Assembly: GCA_003561825.1 (NCBI GenBank)
Contig: PWVO01000017.1
Span: 1 to 30,512 of the forward strand
From: Candidatus Woesearchaeota archaeon
Lineage (GTDB): Archaea > Nanobdellota > Nanobdellia > Woesearchaeales > CG1-02-33-12
Direction of reading: 5' to 3'
DNA: 30,512 nt
Shown piece by piece: positions 8,118 to 15,839 of the stretch (the stretch's first letter is position 1; each line of letters begins with the position of its first letter). A model generated the notes under the pieces. The model did no database searches. It saw nothing but the letters and a program-made list of their open reading frames with translations, and had not been told where the DNA came from. The position numbers were made by a program, and so were the translations under genes.

Positions 8118-8336
8118 ATGGAAAAGATAAAGAACATAGAAGAGAATCTGGATATGATATATCTAAGACAGTTTTGTATGTATGCAGATTCTCTCCGTGA
8201 ACATGTTATGTTAGCGACTGTCATGCCAGTGGAACAAGTCTGGTTTGGTGTCGATGGAAATATGTATAAGTCTGGGATGAGGCTTACAACAAATCCCAGA
8301 AGAGAATCATTAAAGCCAAGGATAGTATATCCATGA
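8118..8336 (+). CDS. Hypothetical protein
   Basis: AAGGAG SD. Confidence 0.65.
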   Translation: MEKIKNIEENLDMIYLRQFCMYADSLREHVMLATVMPVEQVWFGVDGNMYKSGMRLTTNPRRESLKPRIVYP

Positions 8337-8548
8337 ACAAAACAAGAATTAGATTCCTAAATGACAGCGGCACAATAAAGGAAATTGAAGAGAACTGTAA
8401 GAACGTGAGACTTTCAGTGTATCTACCAGATTATCTCAAACATCTAGTAGCATTAGAAGCTCACAGACTAAGCACGGAAGACGAAAGGGTTTCGATGAGT
8501 AGTGTAGTGATCGAAGCTCTAAAGAGATATTTTAGGGAGGAGCAATGA
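8333..8548 (+). CDS. Ribbon-helix-helix (CopG/Arc-like) DNA-binding protein
   Basis: RLSVYLPDYLKHLV…SMSSVVIEALKRYF. Confidence 0.7.
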   Translation: MNKTRIRFLNDSGTIKEIEENCKNVRLSVYLPDYLKHLVALEAHRLSTEDERVSMSSVVIEALKRYFREEQ

Positions 8549-8937
8549 GCTACTGCAGATTCTCGGATGGCGATGTTTATATGTATCCGCATATTGATGG
8601 ATACATAGAGTGCTGCTTTTGTTCTCTGGCACAGCCGGATGGTTACAGATTACAACACTTCCATAACCATAAAGATGCGCTAGGCCATCTTCTCGAGCAT
8701 CGCAAAGCAGGACATCATGTTCCACAGTATGCAATTGACAGGCTTACAGTCGATATGAAGAGAGCAGAGTTGGAAAATCTGCTATGGGAGCTATGCAGTG
8801 CGCAGGGCCAGATAGCTAAGAGGAACGAGTCGGGATTAGATTGGGGCATTGACAACTATTACAAGAGGCGTGAAGAGCTGATGGATGAGATTCTTGATAT
8901 AGCTCTCGATTATAGGAGGAACAATGACGAACTTTGA
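8545..8937 (+). CDS. Hypothetical protein
   Basis: MSYCRFS…IECCFC…HLLEH; GGAGG SD. Confidence 0.7.
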   Translation: MSYCRFSDGDVYMYPHIDGYIECCFCSLAQPDGYRLQHFHNHKDALGHLLEHRKAGHHVPQYAIDRLTVDMKRAELENLLWELCSAQGQIAKRNESGLDWGIDNYYKRREELMDEILDIALDYRRNNDEL

Positions 8938-9127
8938 TAATGAAGAATCTACAAAAGTTAAAACTTACGTAATAGGAGTTTGTACAGGATTCGTGGCATG
9001 TGCGAACATGGTATCAGTAGCATTTTATGTTCGACCTGTCCTGTTAGCACTTGTAATTAACATTGTAATGACTCTTGCTTTTCTGATAATTGGTATAGTT
9101 ATTGTAGCATGGGAGGAATGTTCATGA
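8924..9127 (+). CDS. Small two-TM membrane protein
   Basis: Two hydrophobic stretches. Confidence 0.65.
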   Translation: MTNFDNEESTKVKTYVIGVCTGFVACANMVSVAFYVRPVLLALVINIVMTLAFLIIGIVIVAWEECS

Positions 9128-9510
9128 CTTGGACAGAATTCAGTGACATGTATTCAGGTGGAGATCCTAAGCTTCGTGAGACGAAAATCTACATCGAAGC
9201 TCCAGAAGAGATAGCGGCCAAGGTGTTCACAGCTATCTATGGCAGAAATCCACGACATGTAACATGCTCATGTTGTGGGCCTGACTATGGCATCATAGAA
9301 GATGATACGCTTGAAGAAGCTACAGACTATGCAAGAAAGTTGTCAGCGCAAGAAAAAACTTTCTACGAGAAAGAAACATATGTACGCATGAAAGATTTAG
9401 AGGGTATAAGCATAGAAGAGTTTGAAAAACAACCCCACGTAAAGATCTGGCGAAAAGAAAGCTCTTTACAGATTAGCAAGATGTATTACCTGCAAAGGGG
9501 GGAAAAATGA
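9124..9510 (+). CDS. Hypothetical phage protein (DMYSGG…TCSCCGPDY)
   Basis: GGAGG SD; ATGA overlap. Confidence 0.7.
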   Translation: MTWTEFSDMYSGGDPKLRETKIYIEAPEEIAAKVFTAIYGRNPRHVTCSCCGPDYGIIEDDTLEEATDYARKLSAQEKTFYEKETYVRMKDLEGISIEEFEKQPHVKIWRKESSLQISKMYYLQRGEK

Positions 9511-9683
9511 GCAATCGAGATGAACTGATGTATATCGTAGGTGTGAGTATAGGGTATGTTATCATGTGGATTATGCTCGATGTAATACGTCCAGCAGATC
9601 ATTGGGCTGCAACAGCTTTTGTTCTAGTCTTCTCTGCAATTGCGGTGTTCGTTGTACCCAAAATAATTGGGAAGATACTATGA
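9507..9683 (+). CDS. Small two-TM membrane protein (58 aa)
   Basis: MSNRDELMYIVGVSIGYVIMW…FVLVFSAIAVFVV; overlaps both neighbours by ATGA. Confidence 0.65.
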   Translation: MSNRDELMYIVGVSIGYVIMWIMLDVIRPADHWAATAFVLVFSAIAVFVVPKIIGKIL

Positions 9684-10234
9684 GTAAACAAATAGATAAT
9701 GCAATGCAGCTCAGATTCAAGCTGGCTGCCAACTATCCAGAGGTTCTAGAGATACTATCTCTAGTTCTTTCTGGGCCGAGATGCGGTGGAGACTTAGAGC
9801 CTGTTCTGAATACTATATTCTCAGAATATTTTCGTTACCTTTATTACGTAAGGGGTGATGAAAGCAATCATGAGAATAGCTCGTTCTCTTGGAGATCAGA
9901 AAGATATGAATTGTCAAGAGATGTAAGTACGCTAGCTAAGAGAGATGCTGATATGATTATATGCATAGCTAGTGCTTATAACATGGCCGGCTGTGATGCA
10001 TACAAGATACCAGCTATCAGATTGCTTGACAATCTCAAGTTCTTCTTCAGTGCAGTTATAGACGTGAGTAATTTGTTAGTTGAACTTGAGCTGGAAGAAA
10101 GCATCATTCAAGAAATTGCCAGAATGCGTAAGATTGCTAAGTGGTTTCTAGATGACGTAAACAGCTTTGCCTGCAACAGCTTCGCAAGCCATTTAGAGAT
10201 TTCGAGAAAGTATAAGGTGTTATCAGTAGATTGA
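9680..10234 (+). CDS. Hypothetical protein
   Basis: ATGA-coupled start at 9680 (MSKQIDN…). Confidence 0.65.
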   Translation: MSKQIDNAMQLRFKLAANYPEVLEILSLVLSGPRCGGDLEPVLNTIFSEYFRYLYYVRGDESNHENSSFSWRSERYELSRDVSTLAKRDADMIICIASAYNMAGCDAYKIPAIRLLDNLKFFFSAVIDVSNLLVELELEESIIQEIARMRKIAKWFLDDVNSFACNSFASHLEISRKYKVLSVD

Positions 10235-10244
10235 AAGGAAATCT

Positions 10245-10484
10245 ATGATGTCAATTGAAACAAAGATAGGACTTCTACTGGCTGGCATGTGCATCGTTTC
10301 TTTTGTAATAGGATGTACTGCTGGTATGGAAATCTCTGTGAACAGAATCTGCAGGAATGCTAGATATGACAGCGGTTCCTATGATGGAGGCGTTGCAAGA
10401 TGTAAGTACATAGTAGATGGCATTGAGATGTATATACCTGTCGTAAACCTTATAGAAGTACCTGGTGTGTTATCAACGGACTGA
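10245..10484 (+). CDS. Membrane-anchored hypothetical protein
   Basis: N-terminal hydrophobic helix. Confidence 0.6.
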   Translation: MMSIETKIGLLLAGMCIVSFVIGCTAGMEISVNRICRNARYDSGSYDGGVARCKYIVDGIEMYIPVVNLIEVPGVLSTD

Positions 10485-10537
10485 GGAGGAGTCCGATGGT
10501 ATGTCGGTATGGCGTTTTGATCGCTGTACCATCAATG

Positions 10538-10566
10538 CATCTCGCATAGTGTGAGATGTGTATAAT
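10538..10566 (+). promoter_or_regulatory. TATAAT promoter with an upstream palindrome, ahead of the Ubl operon
   Basis: CATCTCGCA-tag-TGTGAGATG (10538-10558), TATAAT (10561-10566), AAGGAGGT SD. Confidence 0.55.
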
Positions 10567-10594
10567 AACTTTAGATCTTAAGGAGGTCTAAAAA

Positions 10595-10840
10595 ATGATT
10601 ACGAATGAGAACGTTATCAGCTTGCGCCTGGTCGTCGCCGGCCAGGATGTCCGCACCGTCAGGATGGTCGAGGGCACGACCCTCGGTCAGCTCCTTCAGA
10701 ATCACACCGACAGGGATGGCCGCACGCTGTCCCCATCCTCCGGCCAGTTCTTCGTCAACGGAGCGTCCATTAATGAGGATTACGAGTTCGTAGACGATAA
10801 TCAGATGTTGATTGTCGTGGGCGCAGTTTACAACGGGTAA
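10595..10840 (+). CDS. Ubiquitin-like (beta-grasp, ThiS/MoaD-like) modifier ending in Gly
   Basis: 81 aa; GTTLGQLL…FFVNG…YEFVDDNQMLIVVGAVYNG*; first gene of an E2/JAB/E1 cluster. Confidence 0.8.
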   Translation: MITNENVISLRLVVAGQDVRTVRMVEGTTLGQLLQNHTDRDGRTLSPSSGQFFVNGASINEDYEFVDDNQMLIVVGAVYNG

Positions 10841-10871
10841 TCTCGTTGTAGGCTGTTAGTCTTATAACTCT

Positions 10872-10896
10872 GGGGAGGCCTCCTCCTGGCCTCCCC
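10872..10896 (+). other. GC-rich hairpin between Ubl and E2
   Basis: GGGGAGGCC-tcctcct-GGCCTCCCC, no U-tract. Confidence 0.6.
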
Positions 10897-10922
10897 TAAG
10901 GGTTGCAGAAAAGGGGAAAACC

Positions 10923-12269
10923 ATGATAAACAGATACACTATAAAAGGCCTGTATAATTTCATCAAACAAGACCAAGCAAGAGATATAGGTTTCTATCAA
11001 TCTCAGCATAGACGTGTGGCAAGAAACTACATCGAAAGAAACCCAGATTATTGCATCAAGATGAAGACCGGCTACTACGAACATGAAGAGATGGAAGAGA
11101 AATATCCATATATTGTATTCAGCAACAAAATTCCCGGAAATTATGGTAGTACTGAGCATTGCCTGATAATGATTACACCCGAAAGGGTCTACAGCGACTA
11201 TCAATCTTGCAGTGAATGTGCAGGAGATACAATTCTGATTGTAGACCCGAGTTCAAGAAGTTTTGTGACAGGCAAGGTAAGGCCTGATGTATTTTTACAA
11301 TCAGGTCTTAGGATTTCAGATAATGGAGCATTTATCCTTCTTGATGATGGACTGAGAGAGATATATAACTTAGTAGAAAACAAATACACATTTGACTATT
11401 ATGGATGGGAAGATTTATGCTTACAGATATCCAAGAAGTACAACAAGTGCGAGAGATCTCTAGCTATAGAGTTCATCGAGCACATGCATGGAAATGAAAG
11501 AAAGTCATGTCCTGAGATTTGTGGAGATGTAAAGTCTGTAAGCTCTGATGATTTTGATATTATATATACAACAAAAAGGAGTTTTGGATTTAAGAAAAGT
11601 TTGTATATATCGGGCGTGCTCAAGAGATTCAGGTCGGTTGGACAGTACGATATAGCAGTAGAAAAAGATGTGTTTATAAGACTGATATTTAATCTCGTAA
11701 GAGATGATTATTACTCAGGCCCTCAATATGATAATAACCCAAATGCATATAACGTATATGCGCATTCATACCCTCAGACAGAGATACACCCACACATTAC
11801 AAACGATAGCAGTTGCTTGGGTAGTGTCTGCATGGACAAGGGTTCTATAAAAGAGATGTTAATGGCAGGCCAAGATGAAGCGGCAGCAATAATAGCTGCT
11901 GGAAATCTAACTTATATCAATCCAAACGATTGGTACTCATCGGAGTTTATCATTCAGAATGGCTATTATATATGCGAGTACTGTGAAGGTATACAATCTA
12001 TAGAAGACGCATTTTATTGTGATCATTGCGGGTGTTACTTCTGCGAATCACATCCAACAACCGCTTGCAGCATCTGTGGCGACGAAAGATGTGAATATTG
12101 TGGTCATAGGGCATCATGCGAAAATTGTTACATAACTATATGCTATGACTGTGTAAACTCCGGCAGAACCGGCAGATGTGATGTATGTCAAGCTGTAATC
12201 TGTAACGACTGCTACGAAAGAGACAGGACTTGTAGATACTGTGAAACAAGGGAGGATGAAAATGAGTAA
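10923..12269 (+). CDS. E2-like (UBC-fold) conjugating protein fused to a C-terminal multi-CxxC zinc-finger array
   Basis: H289-PHITNDSSCLGSVC303-MD resembles HPN…GxVCLD; nine CxxC plus one CxxH in the last ~95 aa; operon context. Confidence 0.65.
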   Translation: MINRYTIKGLYNFIKQDQARDIGFYQSQHRRVARNYIERNPDYCIKMKTGYYEHEEMEEKYPYIVFSNKIPGNYGSTEHCLIMITPERVYSDYQSCSECAGDTILIVDPSSRSFVTGKVRPDVFLQSGLRISDNGAFILLDDGLREIYNLVENKYTFDYYGWEDLCLQISKKYNKCERSLAIEFIEHMHGNERKSCPEICGDVKSVSSDDFDIIYTTKRSFGFKKSLYISGVLKRFRSVGQYDIAVEKDVFIRLIFNLVRDDYYSGPQYDNNPNAYNVYAHSYPQTEIHPHITNDSSCLGSVCMDKGSIKEMLMAGQDEAAAIIAAGNLTYINPNDWYSSEFIIQNGYYICEYCEGIQSIEDAFYCDHCGCYFCESHPTTACSICGDERCEYCGHRASCENCYITICYDCVNSGRTGRCDVCQAVICNDCYERDRTCRYCETREDENE

Positions 12270-13182
12270 AATAGAAGATCTTATGAAAATGCTACTTGAA
12301 ATAATTGAGACAAGCAAGACAGTAAAAGAGAAAGAAGCAAAGGTTGTAAAGCCTCCTCCCAGAGAGGCTAATCCAGACGTAGGAGATAGAACACTAATCA
12401 TAAGCGATGAAGTGGTTAGAAGTCTCCTTACAGCTGCATATCTCGTTGGGGATATCGAGCTGAATGGACTTGGTTTGGTATCAGAGAATGACGGCGAGAT
12501 TCTCTGGGAGAAAGCATGGGTTCTCTCGGACATAGATGGATTAAAAGACAATGGCGAAAGAAGGCCGTCTGGGTCATCCGTTGCTGTAAAGATGGACCCG
12601 GAACAAATGGCGGTTAAGATTGCAGAAGTCGTAGAGATGGGAAGAAGCCCACGAGATTTAAGATTGTACTGGCATACACATGGGATCTGGTCAAGCTTCT
12701 TTTCGAGTACAGATCTAAAAGCAATTCAAGGGGAAGTAGAGTTTGCAGGGGGGAATGAAATCATCAACGTAGTTTTTGTTCCTGGCAGCTTTGATGCCAG
12801 GATAGATAGCGGTCTTGGGGATGATAAATCCGCCGAGACAATAGGAACCATAAAGATGGAGGGTGAAAATGAGAAATATAGAGTCGTTGGGAATGTTCAG
12901 TCGTCAAAGTTACATCTGTCAACCATCCAGACTGCCGGAAGTCAGTATGATTGGGGCCGGGCACCTGGGAAGCATGATAGCCTTTGGTCTCAGTCAGATT
13001 GGCGTCGGGGCCAAGACAACACAGGAGGAGAGTTCGCTGGTTGTCTCCTCGAGGAACTCGATGAATTGTGCCCAGACTGTGGAGGGTTCATCGAAGAAGT
13101 TGATATTGGGGAGTGGGGAAAGATCTGCTGCGACTGCGGCAGAATCATGGGTGGCGAGCTGGATGGAATCAAACTATTCTAA
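12262..13182 (+). CDS. JAB/MPN+ metalloprotease (deconjugase) with a C-terminal zinc ribbon
   Basis: WHTHGIWSSFFSSTD = HxH-x7-S-x2-D; upstream Glu in IELNG; GGAGG SD 6 nt before ATG 12262. Confidence 0.9.
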   Translation: MSKIEDLMKMLLEIIETSKTVKEKEAKVVKPPPREANPDVGDRTLIISDEVVRSLLTAAYLVGDIELNGLGLVSENDGEILWEKAWVLSDIDGLKDNGERRPSGSSVAVKMDPEQMAVKIAEVVEMGRSPRDLRLYWHTHGIWSSFFSSTDLKAIQGEVEFAGGNEIINVVFVPGSFDARIDSGLGDDKSAETIGTIKMEGENEKYRVVGNVQSSKLHLSTIQTAGSQYDWGRAPGKHDSLWSQSDWRRGQDNTGGEFAGCLLEELDELCPDCGGFIEEVDIGEWGKICCDCGRIMGGELDGIKLF

Positions 13183-13744
13183 TCTATTAGAAGCTATTAA
13201 GTCGTCATGCATTGTTATCTTTGACGATGACATAGTGAACTTGCACAATGTAGCAGCATCATACTATACACGAAAACAATCTATATTACAGATGCCAAAG
13301 GCGCAGGCAATGGTCGAGAACATGAATGCACTTATGGATGTAAATGTTCTCGGTATAAAAGCCAAGGTTCCATCAGGTTTACCGGTGTCGTATGCAGTAA
13401 AACCAGTGGTAATCATTAGTACAGATTCCAGGAGATCCAGGGTCCTCTTCTGGAGCCACGTCAAGAGAGAAGATGATGTTGAACTCCTTATAGATGCCAG
13501 GTCAGGTTGGGATGTAACATCTATCCATACATGCAAGATGGACGATGGTAGAAGCCGTCAGGCGTACAGTGATAGTCTAGAAGCAGAAGGCGGCAATATA
13601 CCATGTTCTGCTAGAGCAGTGGGTTATAACAGCATTGGTGTAGCTGCCAACGTAGCTGCAATTGTAAAGAGCTATGCTAATAACGAGACATTTCCAAGTT
13701 ACATAATGCAGGACTATAAAACATGGTCTAATATAATTGTGTAA
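12869..13744 (+). CDS. ThiF/E1-family activating enzyme with a 66-aa insertion
   Basis: FSRQ, IGAGHLGS, FDDDIVNLHN, IDARSG, candidate catalytic Cys in NIPCSAR; GGAGG at 12858-12862. Confidence 0.85.
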   Translation: MRNIESLGMFSRQSYICQPSRLPEVSMIGAGHLGSMIAFGLSQIGVGAKTTQEESSLVVSSRNSMNCAQTVEGSSKKLILGSGERSAATAAESWVASWMESNYSNLLEAIKSSCIVIFDDDIVNLHNVAASYYTRKQSILQMPKAQAMVENMNALMDVNVLGIKAKVPSGLPVSYAVKPVVIISTDSRRSRVLFWSHVKREDDVELLIDARSGWDVTSIHTCKMDDGRSRQAYSDSLEAEGGNIPCSARAVGYNSIGVAANVAAIVKSYANNETFPSYIMQDYKTWSNIIV

Positions 13745-13755
13745 GGAGAATAACA

Positions 13756-14379
13756 ATGGAAATCACAGCAGTTGCTTTGCACAAATGCGCCATTGTGCAT
13801 TACGGATTGAGGGCAGTATTAGAAGAGAAGTACGACTGTAACCTTCTAGGCGCTGTAAGTGCTGGTGAAGCTCAAATGCACATGAGAAGTTATGCATGTA
13901 ACATCATGTTCATAGAGCTTCCAGAATTCACAAGCAGTGTAGCAAGCTTTACATCTTCACTGCCTGTAATCTGTCTTTCTGACAGCTCGAAAGTAGATAT
14001 CCTGCAAGACGCGATTAGCCTTGGCGCATCAGGTTATTTACTTATGTCAGACGAGATAGATGAATACTATATAGTATTAGAATCGGCATTAAAAGGCAAA
14101 CTTAGAGCACGATCAGAGGACGTAAAAAGACTAATAAATAAGTTAGAAGAGAATCGGCGCGTGAGCACAGAAGCGTTATCAGATCTAACGTCACGAGAAG
14201 TAGATGTATTAGAGCTTCTCGTGCAAGGGAAAGATAACAAAGAGATAGCAGATGAGTTATCAATAGCGTATGGAACGGCAAGAAATAAAGTCTGGCAAAT
14301 ACTCTCTAAAACCCATCAACCCAATAGAACTGCTCTAGCACTGTGGGCAGTTGAAAACAACATAGTAGATAGAGAGTAA
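13756..14379 (+). CDS. NarL/LuxR-family regulator with a degenerate receiver domain
   Basis: LTSREVDVLELLVQGKDNKEIADELSIAYGTARN HTH; REC-like N-terminus lacking the phospho-Asp and the Lys. Confidence 0.85.
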   Translation: MEITAVALHKCAIVHYGLRAVLEEKYDCNLLGAVSAGEAQMHMRSYACNIMFIELPEFTSSVASFTSSLPVICLSDSSKVDILQDAISLGASGYLLMSDEIDEYYIVLESALKGKLRARSEDVKRLINKLEENRRVSTEALSDLTSREVDVLELLVQGKDNKEIADELSIAYGTARNKVWQILSKTHQPNRTALALWAVENNIVDRE

Positions 14380-14381
14380 GC

Positions 14382-15218
14382 ATGGAGAATGTTGACTTTG
14401 GTGGAGTAATCGGCCAGCAACAGGCCAAAAACCTTCTGGTTCGTGCTAAAGAGAATAGGATGAACATCTTATTCGTTGCACCACCAGGGTACGGAAAAAC
14501 TCTATTGGCTCGGAAATACTTAGAATCATTTAACTCATCCATTGTAGAAATAAACGGCACAGAGAAAATAAGCAATATAGTAGAGAAGATTAATAAAAAC
14601 TCTGACAAACCCATCTTGATAGATGAAGCACATAAGATGAGAGGGTCGGAAGCGATATATAAACATCTTGATGGAGAAGTTGAGAGAAGACCAACATTTG
14701 AAGATCTTACATTAGATATAACTGATATTGATCTAAGTATCATCTTTGCATTAGCTACTACTGACGAGGGCAGATTAACAGATGCTCTTGTTAGCAGATT
14801 AGTAAAAGTAGCATTAAGACCCTACAGTCATGATGACTTAGTAGAAATAGCTAAGCTAGAACACAAACACAAAAAAGATGTTTTAGCTGAAATAGCAACA
14901 TTAGCTAGAGGGAATCCAAGGAGGGTCAAGTTATTGTCAAAACTGCTTTCAGGTAGATCGCTTAAGAGTGGTCGAGATGTACAATCTCAGTTACAACTAC
15001 TGGGACTGCCAATGGGATTAGATGCAAGAGAAAGTAGGATGATGAAAATATTAGTGAGCAAGCCAAGAGGTATAAGTACTATAGCTGGTTTAATGTCAAC
15101 AGATTCTCATACAATTAGGATGATAGAAAGCGACCTCATACAGTCTGGGCTAGTAGAGGTTACATCGAAAGGTAGATCTCTTACAAGTGATGGCATCGAG
15201 GTCGCAAAGGAGTTGTGA
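14382..15218 (+). CDS. ruvB: RuvB-like AAA+ ATPase (compact)
   Basis: Walker A APPGYGKT, Walker B IDEAH, ATT, SR, RGNPR, GLD, winged-helix tail ESDLIQSGLVEVTSKGR. Confidence 0.75.
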   Translation: MENVDFGGVIGQQQAKNLLVRAKENRMNILFVAPPGYGKTLLARKYLESFNSSIVEINGTEKISNIVEKINKNSDKPILIDEAHKMRGSEAIYKHLDGEVERRPTFEDLTLDITDIDLSIIFALATTDEGRLTDALVSRLVKVALRPYSHDDLVEIAKLEHKHKKDVLAEIATLARGNPRRVKLLSKLLSGRSLKSGRDVQSQLQLLGLPMGLDARESRMMKILVSKPRGISTIAGLMSTDSHTIRMIESDLIQSGLVEVTSKGRSLTSDGIEVAKEL

Positions 15219-15219
15219 G

Positions 15220-15438
15220 ATGTGTAAAGAACTCAAGAAGACAATTAGAACGATGGCAAGCAGAATGGAGTACAGGCTTTCTGACGATGAAATAAACTTT
15301 ATTATAACAAGGGCCTGTGATAATACACATTTTAGGAAACAACTGAGATGGATAGTACAACTATGCGTAGAGGATTTCATAGAAGATCAATATGCTAAAC
15401 ATGCAGACTTCATAAATGATTTGATGGATGATGTTTGA
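15220..15438 (+). CDS. Hypothetical protein
   Basis: AAGGAG SD; ATG 15220. Confidence 0.6.
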   Translation: MCKELKKTIRTMASRMEYRLSDDEINFIITRACDNTHFRKQLRWIVQLCVEDFIEDQYAKHADFINDLMDDV

Positions 15439-15454
15439 TTAAGGAGAAAACAAC

Positions 15455-15832
15455 ATGACCAAAATAGAAACTACGGACACAGTGCAAGAAGCAATCATCA
15501 AGATGTCAGACGGAAACCCAGGTGCAGTAAGGGTTCTGTGTGATGTAATAAATAACGGCAGAGCTATAGATCCAGATAGTGCGATGGGGTCATTTGGGTC
15601 TATAGCAATCTTGGATATGTTAGAGATTTATGGGTCTGGGATATGGATGCTTTACAAGGATGTATGCGGAGAAGATATCGTAAAGATGATTGCCGTACTT
15701 CGCGCATGGCAGATCGGGTTGGTTTCAGCATCTACAATTACTTATGCTATGGAAAATCGTGGAGATGGTTTAGATGTAGATGATGTGCTATCTCGAGTAC
15801 AAGAAAGATTACCAGACTTTGGAAAGGAGTGA
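15455..15832 (+). CDS. Hypothetical phage protein (MSDGNPGA motif)
   Basis: AAGGAG SD. Confidence 0.7.
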   Translation: MTKIETTDTVQEAIIKMSDGNPGAVRVLCDVINNGRAIDPDSAMGSFGSIAILDMLEIYGSGIWMLYKDVCGEDIVKMIAVLRAWQIGLVSASTITYAMENRGDGLDVDDVLSRVQERLPDFGKE

Positions 15833-15839
15833 AGACACA

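Noticed and set aside
13010-13207. Mini-intein or separate small gene inside E1
   Set aside because: No Cys/Ser start with His-Asn end; the AGGAGG near 13023 has no suitably placed start codon giving a long ORF
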